From: an uncultured Bdellovibrionales bacterium
Lineage (GTDB): Bacteria > Bdellovibrionota_C > UBA2361 > SZUA-149 > CALKYB01
Direction of reading: 5' to 3'
Assembly: GCA_964510575.1 (NCBI GenBank)
Contig: CAZECN010000005.1
Coordinates: 18,518 to 82,517 of the forward strand
Length of the DNA stretch: 64,000 bases
This document shows, in pieces, positions 40,381 through 50,563 of the stretch (its first letter is position 1; every line of letters starts with the position of its first letter). The position numbers were made by a program, and so were the translations under genes. The notes under the pieces were generated by a model. It worked only from the letters and a program-made list of their open reading frames with translations, was not told the origin of the DNA and ran no database searches.

Positions 40381-42306
40381 CTATTCTCTATCTTGATGGT
40401 ATTTAAGAAACTTAGCCGCCTCGAATTCGCCTAAGTACTTATTTAATAGTCTTCTGTCGGCTTTGCTGAAGTCTACGACGATCAATCCATCAAGCGCTCC
40501 GTTGAAATCATGGTCTACGTTGAAGCCAATAATTTTCCCGCCCAGTTTGGTGTATTCTTTTAAAAGAACTGGAACGCCCATTTCCTTTAGCTCTATGTCT
40601 TGTATTAATTCTGATACCTCAGAAATATCTTTAACTGTTTTGGAGAAGAACTCTTGATCGATTCCTAGAACTCGTTCCGGCTCTGATGAGGTTCGAGGTC
40701 GGACATGTTGAGCCAATAGAGGCTGGAAATTATTTTCTCTTAGAAATAGTTCTAAAAGATGTCTTGATACGCCAGTGAAGGAGCCGCTAACGCTGACGGG
40801 CCCAAACATAGTCTTGTAATCTGGATTAAGCGCTACAAAATTGGAAAGACCTTTAAGTAGTAGCATTAGAGGCCAGAGGGTGCGTTGATACTCTTGAGCA
40901 ACAAAAGACCTGCCAACCTCGAGGCTTGGCCCCAGCTCTTTTAGGAGGTCTTTGTTGTAGTGAAAAAGAGTGTTGGTATAAAGTCCTTTTAGACCATAGG
41001 AGGCAACAGCTTCGTCAGTCTTGACTACACGGTATGCTCCAACAACCTTCTTTGCTTTTCTGTCCCAGCAAATTAGATGTTTGTAATAACTGTCAAAAAA
41101 ATCGAGATCGCATTCGGTTCCTGTTCCTTCACCAACATCTCTGAAGGTAATTTCTCTGAGTCTTCCCACCTCTTGTAGAAGGTTGGGTGATTCTGCCATT
41201 GTGGTTATTGCAACTGCTAGATCGTTTCTTTCTATTAGTATTTTTTCATCAGATATTGCAGAAAAATCTTGTTCTAGAAGATTAGAGGCGACCGGATCAA
41301 TGATCTCAGAAGTGAACTCGGAAATAGGGCTTTTAGTTCTCTTGTTAACTTCATGGACTTTTATTGGGCTATTTTTTTGAAGATAACAGCGCATTCTCAG
41401 ATAATCTGTTAGCTCTCGGTTACTTTCGAAACGCTTTAGTTTTTCAGCAACAATAGGCTTCCCAATTTGTATAGCGATAGTCTTATTCTTTTTATTCAGT
41501 AGTTGCCTTGGCAACAGCATGGTTCTTAGTATCGGGTGGATCAGACCAGCGAGTTGAAATACGAGACTGTTTCTTCCATGAATGAAGCAAGGAACAACTG
41601 TGGCACCAGTTTTTTTGACAAGTCTTGCGATATTGGTATTCCAGATCGGATCTTGAACTTCTCTTGAGCTGGTATGAAAATGAGAGACTGTTCCAGAGGG
41701 AAAAGTAATTAGGGCATGGTCATTCTTAAGCCAAGAAAGAGCCTCTCTCATTGGATTGACATTGTCTTTTTTAGATTTCTCTCGCTCGAAAGGATCAACT
41801 AGTATGAATAGATCTTTCGCAGGCTTAAGTCTGCCCAACATAAAGTTTGCGAGAAACTTTAAATCAGGTCGTTCTTTGCGAATGACCTCATACATGACAA
41901 GAGCCTCTAAGGCTCCAAAAGGGTGGTTTGATACAATAATTAGCGGGCGGTCCTTGGGTAGCTTTATGCTGGCCGTTGGAAACAGTTCATAATTTACCCC
42001 AAGATGTTCCAAGGTCGTCTTGAAGAATTCAGTTGGGCCATTCCAGGGAGGCATTTCATCGTAGCCTTTCTCCAGTTGTGAAAGGCACAACATTCTTTTG
42101 ACTGCTGGAAAAATGAAACGAAAGGTAGGCCTTAACTTTTCCGGTATTGGAAGTTTATCGGGGTCTACACTAAAAGGGTTAGGAAAGTCTTCGGGATGGC
42201 AAAGTTCTATCCTAGACTCAGCTTTCTCAGACCCACCCTTTTCAAATTCGGTTTCGTTATTGGTTTTTACAAGCTTCGTAACTTCTTTTTGTTTCTTCGA
42301 ATCCAA
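40381..42306 (-). CDS. Bifunctional acyltransferase: N-terminal PlsC/LPLAT domain plus C-terminal GNAT-like (OlsB-like) domain, OlsF-like ornithine/aminolipid synthase
   Basis: 641 aa. The N-half has the LPLAT motif IIVSNHPFGALEA and FPSGTVS. The C-half resembles hemolysin-like/OlsB N-acyltransferases (LREITFRDVGEGTG...DSYYKHLICWD). This two-domain order matches what is described for OlsF. The start is uncertain because of a 50-nt overlap with the upstream patatin gene. Confidence 0.6.
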   Translation of the reverse strand: MDSKKQKEVTKLVKTNNETEFEKGGSEKAESRIELCHPEDFPNPFSVDPDKLPIPEKLRPTFRFIFPAVKRMLCLSQLEKGYDEMPPWNGPTEFFKTTLEHLGVNYELFPTASIKLPKDRPLIIVSNHPFGALEALVMYEVIRKERPDLKFLANFMLGRLKPAKDLFILVDPFEREKSKKDNVNPMREALSWLKNDHALITFPSGTVSHFHTSSREVQDPIWNTNIARLVKKTGATVVPCFIHGRNSLVFQLAGLIHPILRTMLLPRQLLNKKNKTIAIQIGKPIVAEKLKRFESNRELTDYLRMRCYLQKNSPIKVHEVNKRTKSPISEFTSEIIDPVASNLLEQDFSAISDEKILIERNDLAVAITTMAESPNLLQEVGRLREITFRDVGEGTGTECDLDFFDSYYKHLICWDRKAKKVVGAYRVVKTDEAVASYGLKGLYTNTLFHYNKDLLKELGPSLEVGRSFVAQEYQRTLWPLMLLLKGLSNFVALNPDYKTMFGPVSVSGSFTGVSRHLLELFLRENNFQPLLAQHVRPRTSSEPERVLGIDQEFFSKTVKDISEVSELIQDIELKEMGVPVLLKEYTKLGGKIIGFNVDHDFNGALDGLIVVDFSKADRRLLNKYLGEFEAAKFLKYHQDRE

Positions 42307-43327
42307 GATCTATCAATGCCGCAATATATGGTTTGTGCAGAACGGTGTAGGATATTGTTTCTAGGGCACATTCTTCGCCCATTCTGTTATTGAGGAATCG
42401 ATAAACCGGCCAAATCGGTCCAAGTGCCCTCATGAAGTCCTTCGTCGAGGAGCCTATACTATTTTTGAGTATTTTACCAAAGGAATTGGGACTTACTATT
42501 TCCATGAAGTCGTTAGGTAAAGCACAGCTACTACCTGGAGTTGGATCAATAGCCCAAGATTCAGCTGTGTAGTAGGGGCGGCCATGAAAGTCATGCCACC
42601 ATTTCTTTCCCGAGGTATCGATTAGAATCACTCTTTTAGCCCCAAACCTAACTGCCGGATCTACTGGAAGATTGTTGGCGATACCCCCGTCAACCAAAAC
42701 TATATTTTTCTCATCAGTGTCGAGTTTAACCGGAGGCAGAACAAAAGGTAATGCAGCAGAGGCTAAGAGATGAGCAGCTGAAAGATGGTTAACTCTATGG
42801 ATATTGAATCTGCTGCCATCTAGGTTGACCTCAGAGTCTGGCAATGTGGAGTTAACGATCAGGACGCTTTTTCTTGTGAAGCCTTCTTCTGTGGCCATTA
42901 CCCCCAACGAAGCAAGGCCTGTTGGATGGCTATCTACGCTGGCCCCACCAAAGTCATAAAGTAGCTCGTCAATTCTTCTAGATAGGGGACTTGGGTCGAA
43001 TATGGCTGTGGAAGTAGGTCCTGGTCCCGGGCGAAGGTATTGTAAAAACCCAACCCGTAGAGACCGAACAAAAGCCATTGAGAATGTGCCTGCGAAAGAA
43101 TTAGAAAAAGTTCTCTCCCTCCACAGTTCTTCAATAGAAGCAATAGCCTCCTCTGGACTTTTTCGAAGTCCGGCCGCGATTAAAGCTCCATTGACGGCTC
43201 CAATCGAGCTGCCAAAAATTAGTTTGAAATCCTTTTCTTCGTCAGGAAGTAATTGGAAAAGCGCTTTTAAAGCACCGATCTGATAAGCCGCTCTTGCCCC
43301 ACCCCCTGAAAGTACTAGCCCATTCAT
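42257..43327 (-). CDS. Patatin-like phospholipase
   Basis: GLVLSGGGARAAYQIGALKA (oxyanion GGGxR), GSSIGAVNG (GxSxG nucleophile), VDGGIANNLP (DGG/A catalytic Asp). Confidence 0.85.
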   Translation of the reverse strand: MNGLVLSGGGARAAYQIGALKALFQLLPDEEKDFKLIFGSSIGAVNGALIAAGLRKSPEEAIASIEELWRERTFSNSFAGTFSMAFVRSLRVGFLQYLRPGPGPTSTAIFDPSPLSRRIDELLYDFGGASVDSHPTGLASLGVMATEEGFTRKSVLIVNSTLPDSEVNLDGSRFNIHRVNHLSAAHLLASAALPFVLPPVKLDTDEKNIVLVDGGIANNLPVDPAVRFGAKRVILIDTSGKKWWHDFHGRPYYTAESWAIDPTPGSSCALPNDFMEIVSPNSFGKILKNSIGSSTKDFMRALGPIWPVYRFLNNRMGEECALETISYTVLHKPYIAALIDLGFEETKRSYEACKNQ

Positions 43328-43497
43328 ATCTAATAAAGAAAAGTCCTATGGTTAATTTATTGATTTTGCTTGGGGTATCATACAAAACCAAGTTTATGCT
43401 AGATTCTCCCCCAGTTCTCTTACTCTAGTCCCTTCGCTAGAGGCAAGGGGCAGTTGTAGGGATTGATTATCGCTTTGGATGAGGATTTTAAGCCCAG

Positions 43498-44562
43498 ATG
43501 AAAGTCTTGTGTGTTGTTTCAGACAACGATTTGCCTGAAAGTAGGCTGATACTTTCTCTTTTTAAAAGAGGCGTAGATCTAAGAGTGGTTATCGACCCCA
43601 GCAGTCGTTACGTCGAGGAATATCGTTCTGCCGGAATTACTGTCGACACTCTGAAGTTCAAATCGAGAATAGATTTCAAAGCCGTTTCAATTATCAGAGA
43701 CATAATGCGTTCTGATAAAATTGACATAGTGCATTGTTTCTCCAAGGTGGCATTGTCTAATTCTCTCATTGCCGGCACTGGCTTGGGTGTAAAGAGCATT
43801 GGCTATAGGGGAATCGTTGGCAATCTTAGCCTATTTGATCCTGGAAGCTGGATAACTTTTCTAAACCCTAGTTTGAATAAAGCTGTGTGCGTCTGTCATG
43901 CAATAGAGGTTTATTTAACCAAATTTCGAGTTTTAAGAGGAAAGACTAGAACTATTCACAAAGGTCATAAAGTTGCTTGGTATGATCCCAGCAAAGTTGT
44001 TTCTAAAAGTGAATTAGGAATTCCGGAAGATAGTTTTTTATTGAGCTGTGTTTGTAATATTCGACCTAGGAAGGGAATTTCTGACCTTGTCCGAGCTTTG
44101 GAATTTTTACCAGATCAAGTTCACCTTCTTCTGGTTGGGAGTATCAAAGACAAAGCCTTGGAAAGACTTCTTGAAAATAGTCCCGTTTCTTCAAGAATTC
44201 ATTGTGTAGGGTTTAAAGTTGACGCTTGGCGTTATGGAGCCGCTGGGGATGTTTTTGTTATGCCATCTACTAAGAGGGAAGGCTTGCCTAAGGGTGTAAT
44301 AGAGGCCATGGCTCAGGGAATGCCAGCTATCGTTACTCGAATTGGCGGGATGCCGGAGATTGTTGAAAATGGCCGTTCAGGCTTTGTAATTGATCCTGGA
44401 AACCCTGAAATCATAGCTGAGATGGTGAAGAAATATATAGACGATGAGCAGCTTTTGCTGGCCCATGGTACTCAAGCAAAGAGCCGAATAGAGAAAAACT
44501 TCAATATTTCAGAAACAGTAGCTGCGTACGGTGAGCTCTATGAGGAGCTGATGGCGGCCTGA
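43498..44562 (+). CDS. GT4-family (GT-B) glycosyltransferase
   Basis: C-terminal EX7E-type region: VMPSTKREGLPKGVIEAMAQGMPAIVTRIGGMPEIV. Confidence 0.85.
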   Translation: MKVLCVVSDNDLPESRLILSLFKRGVDLRVVIDPSSRYVEEYRSAGITVDTLKFKSRIDFKAVSIIRDIMRSDKIDIVHCFSKVALSNSLIAGTGLGVKSIGYRGIVGNLSLFDPGSWITFLNPSLNKAVCVCHAIEVYLTKFRVLRGKTRTIHKGHKVAWYDPSKVVSKSELGIPEDSFLLSCVCNIRPRKGISDLVRALEFLPDQVHLLLVGSIKDKALERLLENSPVSSRIHCVGFKVDAWRYGAAGDVFVMPSTKREGLPKGVIEAMAQGMPAIVTRIGGMPEIVENGRSGFVIDPGNPEIIAEMVKKYIDDEQLLLAHGTQAKSRIEKNFNISETVAAYGELYEELMAA

Positions 44563-44745
44563 GGGGTTTCCTATTATTTCTCTGAATTAAGGCTTTTCTC
44601 GGCCTGAATAGTTGACAAAATTACCATTGAATACTACCCTCGCTCCAGTTTGGATGTGACTCGCTTTACAGGGTCGCTTTTCAATTTGTTTGTTTTTATA
44701 TGCCGCAAGCTTGTAGTTAGTGTTGTGGCCTTGGAGTACGAAAAG

Positions 44746-45774
44746 ATGTCTTCCTTTAAATCCGAAGTTGTTCTGAAGTTTTCATTCATCCTCTTTGTCC
44801 TATTAACTTTTAATGCTTGCGCATTGGTCAATCGTATCGAGTCTGGTTTTCGTTCAGATGATACTGAACAAGAGCTTCAAGTCGCTCAAGAAACAAGCAC
44901 TATCTTATCTAGGACTGCTGAGGCGACTAGGCAGAGTCGAAGAGACTTAGCTGGTGATCCAGACCTTGATGAAATTGCAAAAGAGCTAGAAAAAATAGAA
45001 GAGCAAAGAAAGTCCATTGGTGCTGCGACAGCAACGAACGGCGAAGTTAAGCATTCTTCTAACAAAATGGCCGCTAAGGTTAAAGAGACTCAGACTGCAG
45101 CTGCTCAAAGTGCACGAGCAGAGCAAAGCCAGATTGGTTCTTTCGATCGAAAGCCTGCTTTAACAAAAGCCAAGGAAATGGCATCTGAAACTATGGACGC
45201 GGGAAAAAACACTGCATCCTCAGCTCTTTCAAAAGTTAAAAGCCTCTTAGGAGTCGGAGCTGATGACGAAGGTTCTGAGTCTGAAGCTACTGATTCGGAA
45301 GAAGCTGAAACTGAAATGGCTAAAGCTGAAGAGGTAGAAGAAGCTGAAACTGAGATCGCCGATGAAAAGAAAGAGTCTGAAGCGAAACTAGCAGAGGCTG
45401 GTGAGGAAGCTAGTGATGAGGCTGACGATAAATTAGCCAAGGCTCTTGAAGAAGCGGAAGATTCTATTTCTGAAGCTGAAAAAGCTCTTGAAGAGAAAAG
45501 TAATGAAGTTGCCTCTGTGGAGGAGGAGCTCGCGAAAACTTTGGCTGAAGAAAAGAAGGCAGCTGAGAGGGTCGATGCTCGTGCCTCACTGGCTTCAATG
45601 GATGACGGACAATCGGAGACAGTTGAGTCTGTAGTCAGTGAAGCCACGGAAACAGCTGAAGAAGGGAAAGCTGTTGCAACGCAAACTAAAATACCTGTTT
45701 GGGTTTTCCTTCTAATGGCGGCGGCTCTATCAATTGCTGGCTTTGGTCTTCTTTGGGTTTCTAGAAACACCTAG
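44746..45774 (+). CDS. Glu/Ala-rich coiled-coil envelope protein with N-terminal signal/lipobox-like Cys and C-terminal TM helix
   Basis: Start moved to ATG 44746 (GGAG 9 nt upstream). FILFVLLTFNAC signal. A long EEAETE/AKAEE low-complexity helix. C-terminal IPVWVFLLMAAALSIAGFGLLWV. Confidence 0.5.
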   Translation: MSSFKSEVVLKFSFILFVLLTFNACALVNRIESGFRSDDTEQELQVAQETSTILSRTAEATRQSRRDLAGDPDLDEIAKELEKIEEQRKSIGAATATNGEVKHSSNKMAAKVKETQTAAAQSARAEQSQIGSFDRKPALTKAKEMASETMDAGKNTASSALSKVKSLLGVGADDEGSESEATDSEEAETEMAKAEEVEEAETEIADEKKESEAKLAEAGEEASDEADDKLAKALEEAEDSISEAEKALEEKSNEVASVEEELAKTLAEEKKAAERVDARASLASMDDGQSETVESVVSEATETAEEGKAVATQTKIPVWVFLLMAAALSIAGFGLLWVSRNT

Positions 45775-45841
45775 TAGCCTAGACCTGCACTAGCTTAAAG
45801 GGCTCCCACGCCCTTTAAGCTATGATTATTAAGTTATCAAC

Positions 45842-45872
45842 AAGCACCTTTACTGGTGCTTTTTTGTTTTTT
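45842..45872 (+). terminator. Rho-independent terminator
   Basis: AAGCACC-TTTACT-GGTGCTT followed by TTTTGTTTTTT. A second hairpin, GCTTAAAGGGC-TCCCAC-GCCCTTTAAGC, lies just upstream at 45793-45820. Confidence 0.7.
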
Positions 45873-45994
45873 GCTTTAGGGTTCGGCAGGATTTTACGTC
45901 AGCTAGGATTGTCTTATTCTATTCATTTTTATGGACCAAAGCCTAAAGGTTATGCTGACGAGTTTAACTTTATATAGAAAAAAATTAGGAAGCT

Positions 45995-46654
45995 ATGAAA
46001 TTTTCCAGAGCCTCTTTGAACATTCTTTTTTTGCTTATTGTTATTTCGATTTCTGGCTGTCGGAGCGCTTACTATGGTGCACTGGAAAAAGCGGGTTATC
46101 ATAAGCGAGATATTCTCGTAACTAGGGTGGAGAAAGCCCAGGAATCTCAAACTGAGGCCAAGGAGCAATTTGCTTCTGCTTTGGAGCAGTTTAGCTCCGT
46201 AGTGAACTTTGATGGTGGAAGCCTTGAGGATCGTTACAATGCTCTCAACTCAGAGTTTGAGAAGAGTGAAGCTAGAGCTGAAGATGTTAGCAAGAGAATC
46301 GACTCTGTGCAGTCCGTTGCTGAAGCTCTTTTTGACGAATGGGAAGATGAGCTTGATGCTTACTCTAGTCAGAACTTGAGGCGACAAAGTGAAAGACAGC
46401 TTAAAAACACCAACAGAAAGTATGAGGGATTGATCTCTGCGATGAGAAAAGCGGAGGAAAGAATTGATCCAGTGCTAGATGCTTTTAGAGACAATGTTCT
46501 CTACCTGAAACATAACCTCAACGCCCGAGCAGTATCGGCTCTAAAAGGGGAGCTCGTTACTGTTGAGCAAGATGTAGCTGGTCTGATACTTGAAATGGAA
46601 AAGTCTATTTCGGAGGCTGATGAGTTTATCAAAACTCTTGGTCAGCAGGCTTAG
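45995..46654 (+). CDS. DUF2959-family lipoprotein
   Basis: Lipobox ISISGC, then RSAYYGALEKAGYHKRDILVTRVEKAQESQTEAKEQFASALEQFSSVVNFDGG, as I recall for DUF2959. Confidence 0.6.
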   Translation: MKFSRASLNILFLLIVISISGCRSAYYGALEKAGYHKRDILVTRVEKAQESQTEAKEQFASALEQFSSVVNFDGGSLEDRYNALNSEFEKSEARAEDVSKRIDSVQSVAEALFDEWEDELDAYSSQNLRRQSERQLKNTNRKYEGLISAMRKAEERIDPVLDAFRDNVLYLKHNLNARAVSALKGELVTVEQDVAGLILEMEKSISEADEFIKTLGQQA

Positions 46655-46694
46655 GAAGTTTTAACTTAATACTATATTCATAAAACACTCTCTC

Positions 46695-49600
46695 ATGTCT
46701 AAGCGAGACTCTTTAACGCTCGTAAAACAGCTATTGCAAGAAAAAATCCTGGTCCTTGATGGTGCCATGGGTACTATGATCCAAGGCTATAGTCTTGGTG
46801 AGAAGGATTTCAGGGGGGAGCGCTTTCAGTCTTGGGAAGGAGACTTGCAAGGAAACAACGATTTACTTTCGTTGACTCAACCCCAAATTATTGAAGAAAT
46901 TCACCGAAAGTATTTGGCAGCTGGGGCTGACGTAATATTCACCAATACTTTTAATTCTACCTCAGTCTCTCAAGCGGACTACGGAATGGAGAGTTTGGTA
47001 ACTGAGTTAAACTTGGCCTCTGCTAAGCTTGCAGTTGCCGCTGCCAAAGATTTTACAAGTCAAAGCCCGGATAAACCCAGGTTTGTTGCTGGATCTTTGG
47101 GGCCGACTAGTAAAACAACTTCAATGTCGCCTGATGTTAACGACCCTGGCTTTCGCGCTATTTCTTTTGACCAGTTGGTTGACTCATACTTTGAGCAGGC
47201 TTCGGCGTTGGTTGAAGGTGGAGTGGATATTGTTTTGATTGAAACCGTTTTCGATACGCTGAACGCCAAGGCGGCGCACATTGCTGTTCTTAAATGTTTC
47301 AGGGAGAAAGGAGTTGAACTTCCGGTAATGGTTTCAGGAACGATCACTGACGCTAGTGGTAGGACTTTGTCGGGTCAAACCCCTGAAGCTTTCTGGCGAT
47401 CAGTTTCTCACTTCCATAACATGGTTTCCGTGGGCTTCAACTGCGCATTGGGTGCCGAGCAACTTCGACCCTTTCTTAAAGAACTCTCTGATGTTGCTAC
47501 TGTCCCAGTAGCGGCTTACCCTAACGCTGGCCTGCCTAATGAATTTGGTGAGTATGACGAGACTCCGACTACCTTCGCAAAGTATATCGAAGATTTTGTT
47601 GAGTCAGGTTTCTTGAATGTAGTTGGAGGATGTTGCGGGACAACACCTGATCATATTCAGGCAGTGACTGATCTAGTTGATGGCAGAAAACCTCGTGAAA
47701 TCCCAAGTCAGCCGCCTGGCCTTTATTTATCAGGGTTGGAACCTCTTTCAATTACTTCAGAGACGAACTTTGTAAATATTGGTGAGAGAACTAATGTTTC
47801 TGGTTCCAGAAAATTTGCCCGCTTAATTCGAGAAGAGAACTATGACGAAGCTGTTTCAATAGCAGCAAGTCAGGTCGAGGGTGGGGCTCAGATAATAGAT
47901 ATAAACTTAGACGAGGGAATGCTTGACGGAGAGCAGGCCATGAATAGGTTTGTTAATTTATTAGCTGCGGAGCCAGAAATTGCTCGTGTTCCCTTTATGA
48001 TTGATTCTTCCAAATGGTCAGTGATTGAAGCTGGACTGAAATGCCTACAAGGAAAAGGAATAGTTAATTCAATCAGCCTTAAAGAAGGTGAAGAGGAATT
48101 TAAAAAACTCGCACAGCTCATACTCGACTATGGAGCGGCAGTGGTGGTGATGGCTTTTGATGAAAAGGGTCAAGCCGATAATACTGAGAGAAGAAAAGAA
48201 ATTTGTTCTAGGGCCTGGAAGATTTTAACTGAAGAAGTTGGTTTTAATCCAGAGGATATTATTTTCGATCCTAACATTCTTACTGTGGCCACAGGGATGG
48301 AAGAGCATAATGATTATGCTAAATCTTTTATAGAGTCCTGTAGATGGATCAAAGATAATCTTCTAGGAGCCAAAGTTAGCGGCGGAGTAAGTAATATTTC
48401 ATTTTCTTTTCGTGGCAATAACTTGGTTCGAGAAGCCATGCATTCGGCATTTCTATTCGAAGCAATTAAGGCTGGCTTGGATATGGGGATTGTAAATGCC
48501 GGGCAGCTAGCAATTTACGAAGATATTGAGCCTGAATTGAAACTGTTGGTTGAGGACGTGCTGCTCAACCGCCATCCTGAAGCGACTGAAAAGCTTATTG
48601 GCTATGCTGAGACGGTGAAGGGTAAAGGCAAGTCTTCGACTTCCAAAGCCGACTTGTCTTGGCGAGAGAAGCCAGTTGAGGAGCGCTTGGCTCATGCCCT
48701 CGTCAAGGGCATGGCGGAATATGTAGATGAAGACACCGAAGAGGCAAGACAAAAATACGGAAGTGCTTTGAAAGTTATCGAAGGACCACTAATGGATGGT
48801 ATGAACATCGTTGGTGATTTGTTTGGCTCTGGCAAAATGTTTTTACCCCAAGTGGTAAAGAGTGCTCGAGTGATGAAGAAGTCAGTGGCTTGGCTCACCC
48901 CTTACATGGAAGAGGAAAAGAAAAATCGGGAAGGTTCTTCTTCAACAGGTAAGGTCTTGCTCGCTACTGTAAAAGGGGATGTTCACGACATTGGCAAGAA
49001 TATTGTTGGAGTGGTTTTAGCTTGCAACAACTATGAGGTAGTCGATCTCGGGGTAATGGTTTCTTTTAATGAGATCAAAGAAAAAGCAATAGAGCACGAT
49101 GTCGACATTATCGGGCTTAGTGGGCTGATTACTCCGTCTCTGGATGAGATGATCAAGAATGCCGACGAGATGGAACGTTTGGAAATGAAAGTGCCCTTAC
49201 TTATTGGGGGAGCTACTACTTCTAGAAAGCACACTGCGGTAAAAATTGCGCCTCGTTATTCGGGACCAGTTATTCACGTCTCTGATGCGTCCCGAAGTGT
49301 CCCCGTAGTTTCTTCTTTGATTTCTCCGGAAGAAAGAGTGAAGCTTATTGAGGAGACTAGGGAAAAATACAAACTTATTGAAGAAGAGTTTCATAATCGA
49401 GCTCCTTCAGTTGCGTATTGGGACTTAGGCAAAGCCAGGGGAAATTCTCCAGAATTGCCTTGGCAGGATTATCAGCCGCCAGTTCCCAAAAAGGTGGGAG
49501 TTACGGTTGTCGACGACTGCTCTATAGAGGAAGTTGTTCCATTTATTGACTGGACACCTTTTTTCCAAACTTGGGAATTGAAAGGTGCTTACCCTGATAT

Positions 49601-50381
49601 TCTTTCCTCCCAACGCTATGGAAAAGAAGCGACCAAGGTCTTCAATGATGCTCAGGCGATGTTGGCTGAGATTATAAAAGAGAAGAAGATAAAACTACGG
49701 GGTGTGGTAGGTTTATTCCCGGCTCGAAAGAAGGGGGCCGATGATATTGAGGTGTTGTCTACTTCTGGAAAAGATTCTTTGGCAGTCCTCCATACCTTGA
49801 GACAGCAAGCTGAAAAAAGAGAAGATCAGTCTTCCTGGGCGTTGGCTGATTTCATATCTCCTCAAGATGATTTTGTTGGAATGTTCGCAGTTAATGCAGG
49901 CGATGGTGTTGATCAGCTTGCTAAGCAGTATGAAGAGGATTTGGACGACTATTCTAGCATTATGCTTAAAGCAGTTGCAGATCGCTTAGCCGAAGGCTTT
50001 GCGGAATATCTTCACTGGAGAGTTAGGAAGGATTACTGGGGTTACGCTCCTGATGAGAATCTTTCAGAGAAAGAAATTGTCAGAGAAAAATACCAAGGTA
50101 TAAGACCTGCTGCTGGATACCCAGCTTGTCCCGATCACACTGAAAAGCAGACTATTTGGGATTGCTTGCAGGTAGAGTCTAATATTGGTCTTAAGTTAAC
50201 TGAGAGCTTTGCGATGAGCCCAGGGTCTTCAGTTTCTGGACTTTACTTTTCTCACCCTAAGTCTCGCTACTTCGGGCTAGGTAAAATTTCTAAAGATCAA
50301 GTTCTAGACTATGCTCAAAGAAAGGGCTGGAGTGTGGACCAGACAGAAAAATGGTTAGGCCCGAACTTAAACTATCAGTAA
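46695..50381 (+). CDS. metH: Cobalamin-dependent methionine synthase
   Basis: 1228 aa with all modules. Hcy-binding ([11 protein letters not shown]), pterin-binding, B12-binding ([11 protein letters not shown]), and AdoMet activation domain ([12 protein letters not shown]). Confidence 0.97.
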   Translation: MSKRDSLTLVKQLLQEKILVLDGAMGTMIQGYSLGEKDFRGERFQSWEGDLQGNNDLLSLTQPQIIEEIHRKYLAAGADVIFTNTFNSTSVSQADYGMESLVTELNLASAKLAVAAAKDFTSQSPDKPRFVAGSLGPTSKTTSMSPDVNDPGFRAISFDQLVDSYFEQASALVEGGVDIVLIETVFDTLNAKAAHIAVLKCFREKGVELPVMVSGTITDASGRTLSGQTPEAFWRSVSHFHNMVSVGFNCALGAEQLRPFLKELSDVATVPVAAYPNAGLPNEFGEYDETPTTFAKYIEDFVESGFLNVVGGCCGTTPDHIQAVTDLVDGRKPREIPSQPPGLYLSGLEPLSITSETNFVNIGERTNVSGSRKFARLIREENYDEAVSIAASQVEGGAQIIDINLDEGMLDGEQAMNRFVNLLAAEPEIARVPFMIDSSKWSVIEAGLKCLQGKGIVNSISLKEGEEEFKKLAQLILDYGAAVVVMAFDEKGQADNTERRKEICSRAWKILTEEVGFNPEDIIFDPNILTVATGMEEHNDYAKSFIESCRWIKDNLLGAKVSGGVSNISFSFRGNNLVREAMHSAFLFEAIKAGLDMGIVNAGQLAIYEDIEPELKLLVEDVLLNRHPEATEKLIGYAETVKGKGKSSTSKADLSWREKPVEERLAHALVKGMAEYVDEDTEEARQKYGSALKVIEGPLMDGMNIVGDLFGSGKMFLPQVVKSARVMKKSVAWLTPYMEEEKKNREGSSSTGKVLLATVKGDVHDIGKNIVGVVLACNNYEVVDLGVMVSFNEIKEKAIEHDVDIIGLSGLITPSLDEMIKNADEMERLEMKVPLLIGGATTSRKHTAVKIAPRYSGPVIHVSDASRSVPVVSSLISPEERVKLIEETREKYKLIEEEFHNRAPSVAYWDLGKARGNSPELPWQDYQPPVPKKVGVTVVDDCSIEEVVPFIDWTPFFQTWELKGAYPDILSSQRYGKEATKVFNDAQAMLAEIIKEKKIKLRGVVGLFPARKKGADDIEVLSTSGKDSLAVLHTLRQQAEKREDQSSWALADFISPQDDFVGMFAVNAGDGVDQLAKQYEEDLDDYSSIMLKAVADRLAEGFAEYLHWRVRKDYWGYAPDENLSEKEIVREKYQGIRPAAGYPACPDHTEKQTIWDCLQVESNIGLKLTESFAMSPGSSVSGLYFSHPKSRYFGLGKISKDQVLDYAQRKGWSVDQTEKWLGPNLNYQ

Positions 50382-50501
50382 TTTACTGCGCCTATTTTCC
50401 TTTTAGATTGGTTTTTATGGCTAATAGTCAGGTTTATCACTCATATTTGCGCAGATTTTTCTGCTTACTTTAAATTCCTTGAAGTAACTGCCGTCTATAC
50501 G

Positions 50502-50549
50502 TATACTTAAACCGTCGAGGATGCGGCGGTTTAGTTATAGCGTTTTTTT
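50502..50549 (+). terminator. TATAC-type hairpin plus T-run downstream of metH (probable terminator)
   Basis: TATACTTAAACCG-(12 nt)-CGGTTTAGTTATA, with 11 of 13 positions complementary, followed by GCGTTTTTTT. Confidence 0.5.
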
Positions 50550-50563
50550 AGGAGGGCCATTTA

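Noticed and set aside
42257-42306. 50-nt overlap of the patatin and OlsF-like ORFs as programmed coupling or frameshift
   Set aside because: It is more simply explained by an uncertain start codon for the downstream gene, and no slippery sequence was noticed.
45105-45770. 221-aa Ser/Ala-rich ORF on the minus strand
   Set aside because: It is a mirror image of the Glu/Ala-rich plus-strand gene (GAA/GCT codons read as TTC/AGC). It has no start context and is entirely contained in the sense gene.
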